A stretch of DNA of 64,000 nucleotides from Eledone cirrhosa (taxonomy: Eukaryota): assembly GCA_964016885.1 (NCBI GenBank), contig OZ024740.1, forward strand, positions 317,688,001-317,752,000, given 5' to 3'. A model generated the notes under the pieces. It did no database searches, was not told the DNA's origin, and worked only from the letters and a program-made list of their open reading frames with translations. This document shows positions 45,800 through 61,710 of this stretch, piece after piece; within the stretch, counting starts at the first letter, position 1; the number at the start of each line of letters is the position of its first letter. Position numbers and translations under genes: made by a program.

Positions 45800-46880
45800 A
45801 TCCAATCTATACACCACTCTAGACCTCCAATCTATACACCACTCCAGACTTCCAATCTATACACCACTCCAGGGCCACAATCTATACACCACTCCAGACC
45901 TCCAATCTATACACCACTCCAGACCTCCAATCTATACACCACTCTAGACCACCAATCCATAAACCACTCCAGACCCCCAATCCATACACCACTCCACACC
46001 TCCAATCCATACACCACTCCAGACCTTCAATCCATATACCACACCAGACTTCCAATCTATACACCACTCCAGACACAAAGCTATACACCATTCCAGACAT
46101 CCAATCTATACACCACTCTAGACCATCAATCTATACACCACTCCAGTACTCCAATCTATACATCACTCCAGACTTCCAATCTATACACCACTCCAGACCT
46201 CCAATCTATACACCACTCTAGACCTCCAATCTATACACCACTCCAGACTTCCAATCTATACACCACTCCAGACCTCCAATCTATACACCACTCTAGTCCA
46301 CTAATCTATACACCACTCTAGACCTGCAATCTATACACCACTTCAGACCTCCAATCTATACACCACTCCAGGCCTCCAATCTATACACCACTCTAGACCT
46401 CCAATCTATACACCACTCCAGACTTCCAATCTATACACCACTCCAGGCCCACAATCTATACACCACTCCAGACCTCCAATCTATACACCACTCCAGACCT
46501 CCAATCTATACACCACTCTAGACCACCAATCCATAAACCACTCCAGACCTCCAATCCATACACCACTCCACACCTCCAATCCATACACCACTCCAGACCT
46601 TCAATCCATATACCACACCAGACTTCCAATCTATACACCACTCCAGACACAAAGCTATACACCATTCCAGACATCCAATCTATAGACCACTCTAGACCAT
46701 CAATCTATACACCACTCCAGTACTCCAATCTATACATCAGTCCAGACTTCCAATCTATACACCAGTCCAGACCTCCAATCTATACACCACTCTAGACCTC
46801 CAATCTATACACCACTCCAGACTTCCAATCTATACACCACTCCAGACCTCCAATCTATACACCACTCTAGTCCACTAATC
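45800..46880. repeat. 574-bp (23 monomers minus 1 bp) tandem duplication
   Basis: Near-identical minus-strand frames at 45882 and 46456; each copy carries one 24-bp GACACAAAGC monomer. Confidence 0.8.
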
Positions 46881-49599
46881 TATACACCACTCCAGACCTC
46901 CAATCCATACACCACTCCAGACCTCCAATCTATACACCACTCCAGTACTCCAATCTATACATCACTCCAGACTTCCAATCTATACACCACTCCAGACCTC
47001 CAATCTATACACCACTCTAGACCGCCAATCTATACACCACTTTAGTCCACTAATCTATTCACCACTCTAGCCCTGCAATCTATACACCACTCCAGACCTC
47101 CAATCTATACTCCACTCCAGACCTCCAATCTATACACCACTCCAGACCTCCAATCTATATACCACACAAGACCACCAATCTAAACACTACTCTAGACTTC
47201 CAATCTATAAACCACACCAGACTTCTAATCTATAACCACTCCAGACCTCCAATCTATACACCACTCCAGACCTCCAATCTATACACCACTCCAGACCTTC
47301 AATCCATACTCCACTCCAGACTTCCAATCTATACACCACTCCAGACCTCCAAGATATACACCACTCCAGACCTCCAATATATACACCACTCTAGAACACT
47401 AATCTATACACCACTCAAGATCTCCAATCTATACACCACTCCAGACCTCCAATCTTTACACCACTCAAGAACACCAATCTATACACCACTCCAGACTTCC
47501 AGTCTATACACCAATCCAGACCTCCAATCTATACACCACTCCTGACCTCCAATCCATATACCACTCAAGACTTCCAATCTATACACCACTCCAGACCACT
47601 AATCTATACACCACTCCAGACCTGCAATATATACACCACTCCTGACCTCCAATCTATACACCACTCTAGACCTCCAATCTATACACCACTCTAGTCCACT
47701 AATCTATACACCACTCTAGCACTGCAATCTATACACCACTCCAGACCTCCAATCTATACTCCACTCCAGACCTCCAATCTATACACCACTCCAGACCTCC
47801 AATCTATATACCACACAAGACCACCAATCTAAACACTACTCTAGACTTCCAATCTATAAACCACATCAGACTTCTAATCTATAACCACTCCAGACCTCCA
47901 ATCTATACACCACTCTAGACCTCCAATCTATACACCACTCCAGACTTCCAATCTATACACCACTCCAGACCTCCAATCTATACACCACTCTAGTTCACTA
48001 ATCTATACACCACTCCAGACTTCCAATCCATACACCACTCCAGACCTCCAATCTATACACCACTCCAGTACTCCAATCTATACATACCTCCAAACTTCCA
48101 ATCTATACACCACTCCAGACCTCCAATCTATACACCACTCTAGACCGCCAATCTATACACCACTCTAGTCCACTAATCTATACACCACTCTAGCCCTGCA
48201 ATCTATACACCACTCCAGACCTCCAATCTATACTCCACTCCAGACCTCCAATCTATACACCACTCCAGACCTCCAATCTATATACCACACAAGACCACCA
48301 ATCTAAACACTACTCCAGACTTCCAATCTATACACCAATCCAGACATAAAGCTATGCACCATTCCAGACATCCAATCTATACACCACTCTAGACCATCAA
48401 TCTATACACCACTCCAGTACTCCAATCTATACATCACTCCAGACTTCCAATCTATACACCACTCCAGACCTCCAATCTATACACCACTCTAGACCTCCAA
48501 TCTATACACCACTCCAGACTTCCAATCTATACACCACTCCAGACCTCCAATCTATACACCACTCTAGTCCACTAATCTATACACCACTCCAGACCTCCAA
48601 TCCATACACCACTCCAGACCTCCAATCTATACACCACTCCAGTACTCCAATCTATACATCACTCCAGACTTCCAATCTATACACCACTCCAGACCTCCAA
48701 TCTATACACCACTCTAGACCGCCAATCTATACACCACTTTAGTCCACTAATCTATACACCACTCTAGCCTTGCAATCTATACACCACTCCAGACCTCCAA
48801 TCTATACTCCACTCCAGACCTCCAATCTATACACCACTCCAGACCTCCAATCTATATACCACACAAGACCACCAATCTAAACACTACTCTAGACTTCCAA
48901 TCTATAAACCACACCAGACTTCTAATCTATAACCACTCCAGACCTCCAATCTATACACCACTCCAGACCTCCAAGATATACACCACTCCAGACCTCAAAT
49001 ATATACACCACTCTAGAACACTAATCTATACACCACTCAAGACCTCCAATCTATACACCACTCCAGACCTCCAATCTTTACACCACTCAAGACCACCAAT
49101 CTATACACCACTCCAGACTTCCAATCTATACACCAATCCAGACCTCCAATCTATACACCACTCCTGACCTCCAATCTATATACCACTCAAGACTTCCAAT
49201 CTATACACCACTCCAGACCACTAATCTATACACCACTCCAGACCTGCAATCTATACACCACTCCAGGCCTCCAATCTATACACCACTCGAGACCACCAAT
49301 CTATAGACCATTCCAGACCACTAATCTATACACCACTCCAGACTTCTAATCTATACACCACTCCAGAGTTCCAATGTATACACCTCTCCAGGCCTCCAAT
49401 CTATACGCCACTCCTGACCTCCAATCTATACACCACTCCAGACCTCCAATCTAAACACCACTCTAGACCTCCAATCTATACACCACTCCAGACCTCCAAT
49501 CTATACACCACTCCAGACCTCCAATCTATACACACCTCAAGTACTCCAATCTATACATCACTCCAGACTTCCAATCTATACACCACTCCAGACCTCCAA

Positions 49600-52500
49600 T
49601 CTATACACCACTCTAGACCGCCAATCTATACACCACTCTAGTCCACTAATCTATACACCACTCTAGCCCTGCAATCTATACACCACTCCAGATCTCCAAT
49701 CTATACTCCACTCCAGACCTCCAATCTATACACCACTCCAGACCTCCAATCTATATACCACACAAGACCACCAATCTAAACACTACTCTAGACTTCCAAT
49801 CTATAAACCACACCAGACTTCTAATCTATAACCACTCCAGACCTCCAATCTATACACCACTCCAGACCTCCAATCTATACACCACTCCAGACCTCCAAGA
49901 TATACACCACTCCAGACCTCCAATATATACACCACTCTAGAACACTAATCTATACACCACTCAAGACCTCCAATCTATACACCACTCCAGACCTCCAATC
50001 TTTACACCACTCAAGACCACCAATCTATACACCACTCCAGACTTCCAATCTATACACCAATCCAGACCTCCAATCTATACACCACTCCTGACCTCCAATC
50101 TATATACCACTCAAGACTTCCAATCTATACACCACTCCAGACCACTAATCTATACACCACTCATGACCTCCAATCTATACACCACTCTAGTCCACTAATC
50201 TATATACCACTCTAGCCCTGCAATCTATACACCACTCCAGACCTCCAATCTATACTCCACTCCAGACCTCCAATCTATACACCACTCCAGACCTCCAATC
50301 TATATACCACACAAGACCACCAATCTAAACACTACTCTAGACTTCCAATCTATAAACCACACCAGACTTCTAATCTATACACCACTCCAGACATCCAATC
50401 TATACACCACTCCAGACCTCCAATCTATACACCACTCCAGACCTCAATCTATACTCCACTCCAGACCTTCAATCCATACTCCACTCCAGACTTCCAATCT
50501 ATACACCACTCCAGACCTCCAAGATATACACCACTCCAGACCTCCAATCTATACACCACTCTAGTCCACTAATCTATACACCACTCTAGACCTGCAATCT
50601 ATACACCACTTCAGACCTCCAATCTATACACCACTCCAGACCTCCAATCTATACACCACTCTAGACCTCCAATCTATACACCACTCCAGACTTCCAATCT
50701 ATACACCACTCCAGGCCCACAATCTATACACCACTCCAGACCTCCAATCTATACACCACTCCAGACCTCCAATCTATACACCACTCTAGACCACCAATCC
50801 ATAAACCACTCCAGACCTCCAATCCATACACCACTCCAGACCCCCAATCTATACACCACTCTAGACCTCCAATCTATACACCACTCCAGACTTCCAATCT
50901 ATACACCACTCCAGACCTCCAATCTATACACCACTCTAGTCCACTAATCTATACACCACTCCAGACCTCCAATCCATACACCACTCCAGACCTCCAATTT
51001 ATACACCACTCCAGTACTCCAATCTATACATCACTCCAGACTTCCAATCTATACACCACTCCAGACCTCCAATCTATACACCACTCTAGACCGCCAATCT
51101 ATACACCACTTTAGTCCACTAATCTATACACCACTCTAGCCCTGCAATCTATACACCACTACAGACCTCCAATCTATACTCCACTCCAGACCTCCAATCT
51201 ATACACCACTCCAGACCTCCAATCTATATACCACACAAGACCACCAATCTAAACACTGCTCTAGACTTCCAATCTATAAACCACACCAGACTTCTAATCC
51301 ATATACCACACCAGACTTCCAATCTATACACCACTCCAGACACAAAGCTATACACCATTCCAGACGTCCAATCTATACACCACTCTAGACCATCAATCTA
51401 TACACCACTCCAGTACTCCAATCTATACATCACTCCAGACTTCCAATCTATACACCACTCCAGACCTCCAATCTATACACCACTCTAGACCTCCAATCTA
51501 TACACCACTCCAGACTTCCAATCTATACACCACTCCAGACCTCCAATCTATACACCACTCTAGTCCACTAATCTATACACCACTCCAGACCTCCAATCCA
51601 TACACCACTCCAGACCTCCAATCTATACACCACTCCAGTACTCCAATCTATACATCACTCCAGACTTCCAATCTATACACCACTCCAGACCTCCAATCTA
51701 TACACCACTCTAGACCGCCAATCTATACACCACTTTAGTCCACTAATCTATACACCACTCTAGCCCTGCAATCTATACACCACTCCAGACCTCCAATCTA
51801 TACTCCACTCCAGACCTCCAATCTATACACCACTCCAGACCTCCAATCTATATACCACACAAGACCACCAATGTAAACACTACTCTAGACTTCCAATCTA
51901 TAAACCACACCAGACTTCTAATCTATAACCACTCCAGACCTCCAATCTATACACCACTCCAGACCTCCAATCTATACACCACTCCAGACCTCCAAGATAT
52001 ACACCACTCCAGACCTCAAATATATACACCACTCTAGAACACTAATCTATACACCACTCAAGACCTCCAATCTATACACCACTCCAGACCTCCTATCTTT
52101 ACACCACTCAAGACCACCAATCTATACACCACTCCAGACTTCCAATCTATACACCAATCCAGACCTCCAATCTATACACCACTCCTGACCTCCAATCTAT
52201 ATACCACTCAAGACTTCCAATCTATACACCACTCCAGACCACTAATCTATACACCACTCCAGACCTGCAATCTATACACCACTCCAGGCCTCCAATCTAT
52301 AGACCACTCGAGACCACCAATCTATAGACCATTCCAGACCACTAATCTATACACCACTCCAGACTTCTAATCTATACACCACTCCAGAGTTCCAATGTAT
52401 ACACCTCTCCAGGCCCCCAATCTATACGCCACTCCTGACCTCCAATCTATACACCACTCCAGACCTCCAATCTATACACCACTCCAGACCTCCAATCTAT

Positions 52501-55500
52501 ACACACCTCAAGTACTCCAATCTATACATCACTCCAGACTTCCAATCTATACACCACTCCAGACCTCCAATCTATACACCACTCTAGACCGCCAATCTAT
52601 ACACCACTCTAGTCCACTAATCTATACACCACTCTAGCCCTGCAATCTATACACCACTCCAGATCTCCAATCTATACTCCACTCCAGACCTCCAATCTAT
52701 ACACCACTCCAGACCTCCAATCTATATACCACACAAGACCACCAATCTAAACACTACTCTAGACTTCCAATCTATAAACCACACCAGACTTCTAATCTAT
52801 AACCACTCCAGACCTCCAATCTATACACCACTCCAGACCTCCAATCTATACACCACTCCAGACCTCCAAGATATACACCACTCCAGACCTCCAATATATA
52901 CACCACTCTAGAACACTAATCTATACACCACTCAAGACCTCCAATCTATACACCACTCCAGACCTCCAATCTTTACACCACTCAAGACTTCCAATCTATA
53001 CACCACTCCAGACCACTAATCTATACACCACTCCAGACCTGCAATATATACACCACTCCTGACCTCCAATCTATACACCACTCTAGTCCACTAATCTATA
53101 TACCACTCTAGCCCTGCAATCTATACACCACTCCAGACCTCCAATCTATACTCCACTCCAGACCTCCAATCTATACACCACTCCAGACCTCCAATCTATA
53201 TACCACACAAGACCACCAATCTAAACACTACTCTAGACTTCCAATCTATAAACCACACCAGACTTCTAATCTATACACCACTCCAGACATCCAATCTATA
53301 CACCACTCCAGACCTCCAATCTATACACCACTCCAGACCTCAATCTATACTCCACTCCAGACCTTCAATCCATACTCCACTCCAGACTTCCAATCTATAC
53401 ACCACTCCAGACCTCCAAGATATACACCACTCCAGACCTCCAATCTATACACCACTCTAGTCCACTAATCTATACACCACTCTAGACCTGCAATCTATAC
53501 ACCACTTCAGACCTCCAATCTATACACCACTCCAGACCTCCAATCTATACACCACTCTAGACCTCCAATCTATACACCACTCCAGACTTCCAATCTATAC
53601 ACCACTCCAGGCCCACAATCTATACACCACTCCAGACCTCCAATCTATATACCACACAAGACCACCAATCTAAACACTACTCCAGACTTCCAATCTATAC
53701 ACCACTCCAGACCTCCAATCTATACACCACTCTAGACCGCCAATCTATACACCACTCTAGTCCAATAATCTATACACCACTCTAGCCCTGCAATCTATAC
53801 ACCACTCCAGACCTCCAATCTATACTCCACTCCAGACCTCCAATCTATACACCACTCCAGACCTCCAATCTATATACCACACAAGACCACCAATCTAAAC
53901 ACTACTCCAGACTTCCAATCTATACACCACTCCAGACCTCCAATCTATACACCACTCTAGACCGCCAATCTATACACCACTCTAGTCCAATAATCTATAC
54001 ACCACTCTAGCCCTGCAATCTATACACCACTACAGACCTCCAATCTATACTCCACTCCAGACCTCCAATCTATACACCACTCCAGACCTCCAATCTATAT
54101 ACCACACAAGACCACCAATCTAAACACTGCTCTAGACTTCCAATCTATACACCACACCAGACTTCTAATCCATATACCACACCAGACTTCCAATCTATAC
54201 ACCACTCCAGACACAAAGCTATACACCATTCCAGACATCCAATCTATACACCACTCTAGACCATCAATCTATACACCACTCCAGTACTCCAATCTATACA
54301 TCACTCCAGACTTCCAATCTATACACCACTCCAGACCTCCAATCTATACACCACTCTAGACCTCCAATCTATACACCACTCCAGACTTCCAATCTATACA
54401 CCACTCCAGACCTCCAATCTATACACCACTCTAGTCCACTAATCTATACACCACTCTACACCTCCAATCTATACACCACTCCAGACCTCCAATCTATACA
54501 CCACTCTAGTCCACTAATCTATACACCACTATAGACCTGCAATCTATACACCACTTCAGACCTCCAATCTATACACCACTCCAGACCTCCAATCTATACA
54601 CCACTCTAGACCTCCAATCTATACACCACTCCAGACTTCCAATCTATACACCACTCCAGGCCCACAATCTATACACCACTCCAGACCTCCAATCTATACA
54701 CCACTCCAGACCTCCAATCTATACACCACTCTAGACCACCAATCCATAAACCACTCCAGACCTCCAATCCATACACCACTCCACACCTCCAATCCATACA
54801 CCACTCCAGACCTTCAATCCATATACCACACCAGACTTCCAATCTATACACCACTCCAGACACAAAGCTATACACCATTCCAGACATCCAGTCTATACAC
54901 CACTCTAGACCATCAATCTATACACCACTCCAGTACTCCAATCTATACATCACTCCAGACTTCCAATCCATACACCATACCAGACTTCCAATCTATACAC
55001 CACTCTAGATTTCTAATCTATACACCGCTCCAGTACTCCATTCTATACACCACTCCTGGCCTCCAACCTATACACCACTCCAGACCACTAATCTATACAC
55101 CACTCCAGACCTGCAATCTATACACCACTCCAGGCCTCCAATCTATACACCACTCGAGACCACCAATCTATAGACCATTCCAGACCACTAATCTATACAC
55201 CACTCCAGACTTCTAATCTATACACCACTCCAGAGTTCCAATGTATACACCTCTCCAGGCCCCCAATCTATACGCCACTCCTGACCTCCAATCTATACAC
55301 CACTCCAGACCTCCAATCTAAACACCACTCTAGACCACCAATCTATACACCACTTTAGACCTCCAATCTATACACCACTCCAGACCTCCAATCTATACAT
55401 CACTCCAGACCTCCAATCTATACACCACTCCAGTACTCCAATCTATACATCACTCCAGACTTCCAATCTATACACCACTCCAGACCTCCAACCTATACAC

Positions 55501-58500
55501 CACTCTAGACCGCCAATCTATACACCACTCTAGTCCACTAATCTATACACCACTCTAGCCCTGCAATCTATACACCACTCCAGATCTCCAATCTATACTC
55601 CACTCCAGACCTCCAATCTATACACCACTCCAGACCTCCAATCTATATACCACACAAGACCACCAATCTAAACACTACTCTAGACTTCCAATCTATAAAC
55701 CACACCAGACTTCTAATCTATAACCACTCCAGACCTCCAATCTATACACCACTCCAGACCTCCAATCTATACACCACTCCAGACCTCCAAGATATACACC
55801 ACTCCAGACCTCCAATATATACACCACTCTAGAACACTAATCTATACACCACTCAAGACCTCCAATCTATACACCACTCCAGACCTCCAATCTTTACACC
55901 ACTCAAGACCACCAATCTATACACCACTCCAGACTTCCAATCTATACACCAATCCAGACCTCCAATCTATACACCACTCCTGACCTCCAATCTATATACC
56001 ACTCAAGACTTCCAATCTATACACCACTCCAGACCACTAATCTATACACCACTCATGACCTCCAATCTATACACCACTCTAGTCCACTAATCTATATACC
56101 ACTCTAGCCCTGCAATCTATACACCACTCCAGACCTCCAATCTATACTCCACTCCAGACCTCCAATCTATACACCACTCCAGACCTCCAATCTATATACC
56201 ACACAAGACCACCAATCTAAACACTACTCTAGACTTCCAATCTATAAACCACACCAGACTTCTAATCTATACACCACTCCAGACATCCAATCTATACACC
56301 ACTCCAGACCTCCAATCTATACACCACTCCAGACCTCAATCTATACTCCACTCCAGACCTTCAATCCATACTCCACTCCAGACTTCCAATCTATACACCA
56401 CTCCAGACCTCCAAGATATACACCACTCCAGACCTCCAATCTATACACCACTCTAGTCCACTAATCTATACACCACTCTAGACCTGCAATCTATACACCA
56501 CTTCAGACCTCCAATCTATACACCACTCCAGACCTCCAATCTATACACCACTCTAGACCTCCAATCTATACACCACTCCAGACTTCCAATCTATACACCA
56601 CTCCAGGCCCACAATCTATACACCACTCCAGACCTCCAATCTATACACCACTCCAGACCTCCAATCTATACACCACTCTAGACCACCAATCCATAAACCA
56701 CTCCAGACCTCCAATCCATACACCACTCCAGACCCCCAATCTATACACCACTCTAGACCTCCAATCTATACACCACTCCAGACTTCCAATCTATACACCA
56801 CTCCAGACCTCCAATCTATACACCACTCTAGTCCACTAATCTATACACCACTCCAGACCTCCAATCCATACACCACTCCAGACCTCCAATTTATACACCA
56901 CTCCAGTACTCCAATCTATACATCACTCCAGACTTCCAATCTATACACCACTCCAGACCTCCAATCTATACACCACTCTAGACCGCCAATCTATACACCA
57001 CTTTAGTCCACTAATCTATACACCACTCTAGCCCTGCAATCTATACACCACTACAGACCTCCAATCTATACTCCACTCCAGACCTCCAATCTATACACCA
57101 CTCCAGACCTCCAATCTATATACCACACAAGACCACCAATCTAAACACTGCTCTAGACTTCCAATCTATAAACCACACCAGACTTCTAATCCATATACCA
57201 CACCAGACTTCCAATCTATACACCACTCCAGACACAAAGCTATACACCATTCCAGACATCCAATCTATACACCACTCTAGACCATCAATCTATACACCAC
57301 TCCAGTACTCCAATCTATACATCACTCCAGACTTCCAATCTATACACCACTCCAGACCTCCAATCTATACACCACTCTAGACCTCCAATCTATACACCAC
57401 TCCAGACTTCCAATCTATACACCACTCCAGACCTCCAATCTATACACCACTCTAGTCCACTAATCTATACACCACTCCAGACCTCCAATCCATACACCAC
57501 TCCAGACCTCCAATCTATACACCACTCCAGTACTCCAATCTATACATCACTCCAGACTTCCAATCTATACACCACTCCAGACCTCCAATCTATACACCAC
57601 TCTAGACCGCCAATCTATACACCACTTTAGTCCACTAATCTATACACCACTCTAGCCCTGCAATCTATACACCACTCCAGACCTCCAATCTATACTCCAC
57701 TCCAGACCTCCAATCTATACACCACTCCAGACCTCCAATCTATATACCACACAAGACCACCAATGTAAACACTACTCTAGACTTCCAATCTATAAACCAC
57801 ACCAGACTTCTAATCTATAACCACTCCAGACCTCCAATCTATACACCACTCCAGACCTCCAATCTATACACCACTCCAGACCTCCAAGATATACACCACT
57901 CCAGACCTCAAATATATACACCACTCTAGAACACTAATCTATACACCACTCAAGACCTCCAATCTATACACCACTCCAGACCTCCTATCTTTACACCACT
58001 CAAGACCACCAATCTATACACCACTCCAGACTTCCAATCTATACACCAATCCAGACCTCCAATCTATACACCACTCCTGACCTCCAATCTATATACCACT
58101 CAAGACTTCCAATCTATACACCACTCCAGACCACTAATCTATACACCACTCCAGACCTGCAATCTATACACCACTCCAGGCCTCCAATCTATAGACCACT
58201 CGAGACCACCAATCTATAGACCATTCCAGACCACTAATCTATACACCACTCCAGACTTCTAATCTATACACCACTCCAGAGTTCCAATGTATACACCTCT
58301 CCAGGCCCCCAATCTATACGCCACTCCTGACCTCCAATCTATACACCACTCCAGACCTCCAATCTATACACCACTCCAGACCTCCAATCTATACACACCT
58401 CAAGTACTCCAATCTATACATCACTCCAGACTTCCAATCTATACACCACTCCAGACCTCCAATCTATACACCACTCTAGACCGCCAATCTATACACCACT

Positions 58501-61500
58501 CTAGTCCACTAATCTATACACCACTCTAGCCCTGCAATCTATACACCACTCCAGATCTCCAATCTATACTCCACTCCAGACCTCCAATCTATACACCACT
58601 CCAGACCTCCAATCTATATACCACACAAGACCACCAATCTAAACACTACTCTAGACTTCCAATCTATAAACCACACCAGACTTCTAATCTATAACCACTC
58701 CAGACCTCCAATCTATACACCACTCCAGACCTCCAATCTATACACCACTCCAGACCTCCAAGATATACACCACTCCAGACCTCCAATATATACACCACTC
58801 TAGAACACTAATCTATACACCACTCAAGACCTCCAATCTATACACCACTCCAGACCTCCAATCTTTACACCACTCAAGACTTCCAATCTATACACCACTC
58901 CAGACCACTAATCTATACACCACTCCAGACCTGCAATATATACACCACTCCTGACCTCCAATCTATACACCACTCTAGTCCACTAATCTATATACCACTC
59001 TAGCCCTGCAATCTATACACCACTCCAGACCTCCAATCTATACTCCACTCCAGACCTCCAATCTATACACCACTCCAGACCTCCAATCTATATACCACAC
59101 AAGACCACCAATCTAAACACTACTCTAGACTTCCAATCTATAAACCACACCAGACTTCTAATCTATACACCACTCCAGACATCCAATCTATACACCACTC
59201 CAGACCTCCAATCTATACACCACTCCAGACCTCAATCTATACTCCACTCCAGACCTTCAATCCATACTCCACTCCAGACTTCCAATCTATACACCACTCC
59301 AGACCTCCAAGATATACACCACTCCAGACCTCCAATCTATACACCACTCTAGTCCACTAATCTATACACCACTCTAGACCTGCAATCTATACACCACTTC
59401 AGACCTCCAATCTATACACCACTCCAGACCTCCAATCTATACACCACTCTAGACCTCCAATCTATACACCACTCCAGACTTCCAATCTATACACCACTCC
59501 AGGCCCACAATCTATACACCACTCCAGACCTCCAATCTATATACCACACAAGACCACCAATCTAAACACTACTCCAGACTTCCAATCTATACACCACTCC
59601 AGACCTCCAATCTATACACCACTCTAGACCGCCAATCTATACACCTCTCTAGTCCAATAATCTATACACCACTCTAGCCCTGCAATCTATACACCACTCC
59701 AGACCTCCAATCTATACTCCACTCCAGACCTCCAATCTATACACCACTCCAGACCTCCAATCTATATACCACACAAGACCACCAATCTAAACACTACTCT
59801 AGACTTCCAATCTATAAACCACACCAGACTTCTAATCCATATACCACACCAGACTTCCAATCTATACACCACTCCAGACACAAAGCTATACACCATTCCA
59901 GACATCCAATCTATACACCACTCTAGACCATCAATCTATACACCACTCCAGTACTCCAATCTATACATCACTCCAGACTTCCAATCTATACACCACTCCA
60001 GACCTCCAATCTATACACCACTCTAGACCTCCAATCTATACACCACTCCAGACTTCCAATCTATACACCACTCCAGACCTCCAATCTATACACCACTCTA
60101 GTCCACTAATCTATACACCACTCTACACCTCCAATCTATACACCACTCCAGACCTCCAATCTATACACCACTCTAGTCCACTAATCTATACACCACTATA
60201 GACCTGCAATCTATACACCACTTCAGACCTCCAATCTATACACCACTCCAGACCTCCAATCTATACACCACTCTAGACCTCCAATCTATACACCACTCCA
60301 GACTTCCAATCTATACACCACTCCAGGCCCACAATCTATACACCACTCCAGACCTCCAATCTATACACCACTCCAGACCTCCAATCTATACACCACTCTA
60401 GACCACCAATCCATAAACCACTCCAGACCTCCAATCCATACACCACTCCACACCTCCAATCCATACACCACTCCAGACCTTCAATCCATATACCACACCA
60501 GACTTCCAATCTATACACCACTCCAGACACAAAGCTATACACCATTCCAGACATCCAGTCTATACACCACTCTAGACCATCAATCTATACACCACTCCAG
60601 TACTCCAATCTATACATCACTCCAGACTTCCAATCCATACACCATACCAGACTTCCAATCTATACACCACTCTAGATTTCTAATCTATACACCGCTCCAG
60701 TACTCCATTCTATACACCACTCCTGGCCTCCAACCTATACACCACTCCAGACCACTAATCTATACACCACTCCAGACCTGCAATCTATACACCACTCCAG
60801 GCCTCCAATCTATACACCACTCGAGACCACCAATCTATAGACCATTCCAGACCACTAATCTATACACCACTCCAGACTTCTAATCTATACACCACTCCAG
60901 AGTTCCAATGTATACACCTCTCCAGGCCCCCAATCTATACGCCACTCCTGACCTCCAATCTATACACCACTCCAGACCTCCAATCTAAACACCACTCTAG
61001 ACCACCAATCTATACACCACTTTAGACCTCCAATCTATACACCACTCCAGACCTCCAATCTATACACCACTCCAGACCTCCAATCTATACACCACTCCAG
61101 TACTCCAATCTATACATCACTCCAGACTTCCAATCTATACACCACTCCAGACCTCCAACCTATACACCACTCTAGACCGCCAATCTATACACCACTCTAG
61201 TCCACTAATCTATACACCACTCTAGCCCTGCAATCTATACACCACTCCAGATCTCCAATCTATACTCCACTCCAGACCTCCAATCTATACACCACTCCAG
61301 ACCTCCAATCTATATACCACACAAGACCACCAATCTAAACACTACTCTAGACTTCCAATCTATAAACCACACCAGACTTCTAATCTATAACCACTCCAGA
61401 CCTCCAATCTATACACCACTCCAGACCTCCAATCTATACACCACTCCAGACCTCCAAGATATACACCACTCCAGACCTCCAATATATACACCACTCTAGA

Positions 61501-61710
61501 ACACTAATCTATACACCACTCAAGACCTCCAATCTATACACCACTCCAGACCTCCAATCTTTACACCACTCAAGACCACCAATCTATACACCACTCCAGA
61601 CTTCCAATCTATACACCAATCCAGACCTCCAATCTATACACCACTCCTGACCTCCAATCTATATACCACTCAAGACTTCCAATCTATACACCACTCCAGA
61701 CCACTAATCT
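49600..61710. repeat. 5,892/5,667-bp tandem higher-order duplication, 2 copies plus a short partial third
   Basis: TCATGACC at 50161/56053, GATCTCC at 49691/55583 and ORFs 52395/58287 are offset by 5892. ORFs 54669/60336 and GATCTCC at 55583/61250 are offset by 5667. The 225-bp difference is one extra 9-mer at ~53641-54100. Confidence 0.9.

Noticed and set aside
884-58529. Plus-strand ORFs up to 455 aa (Thr/Pro/Ser/His-rich) as mucin/extensin/adhesin-like genes
   Set aside because: They overlap in different frames with the same peptide, start at sporadic variant ATG/TTG codons, have no unique termini, signal peptide or domain, and the repeat unit is not a multiple of 3.
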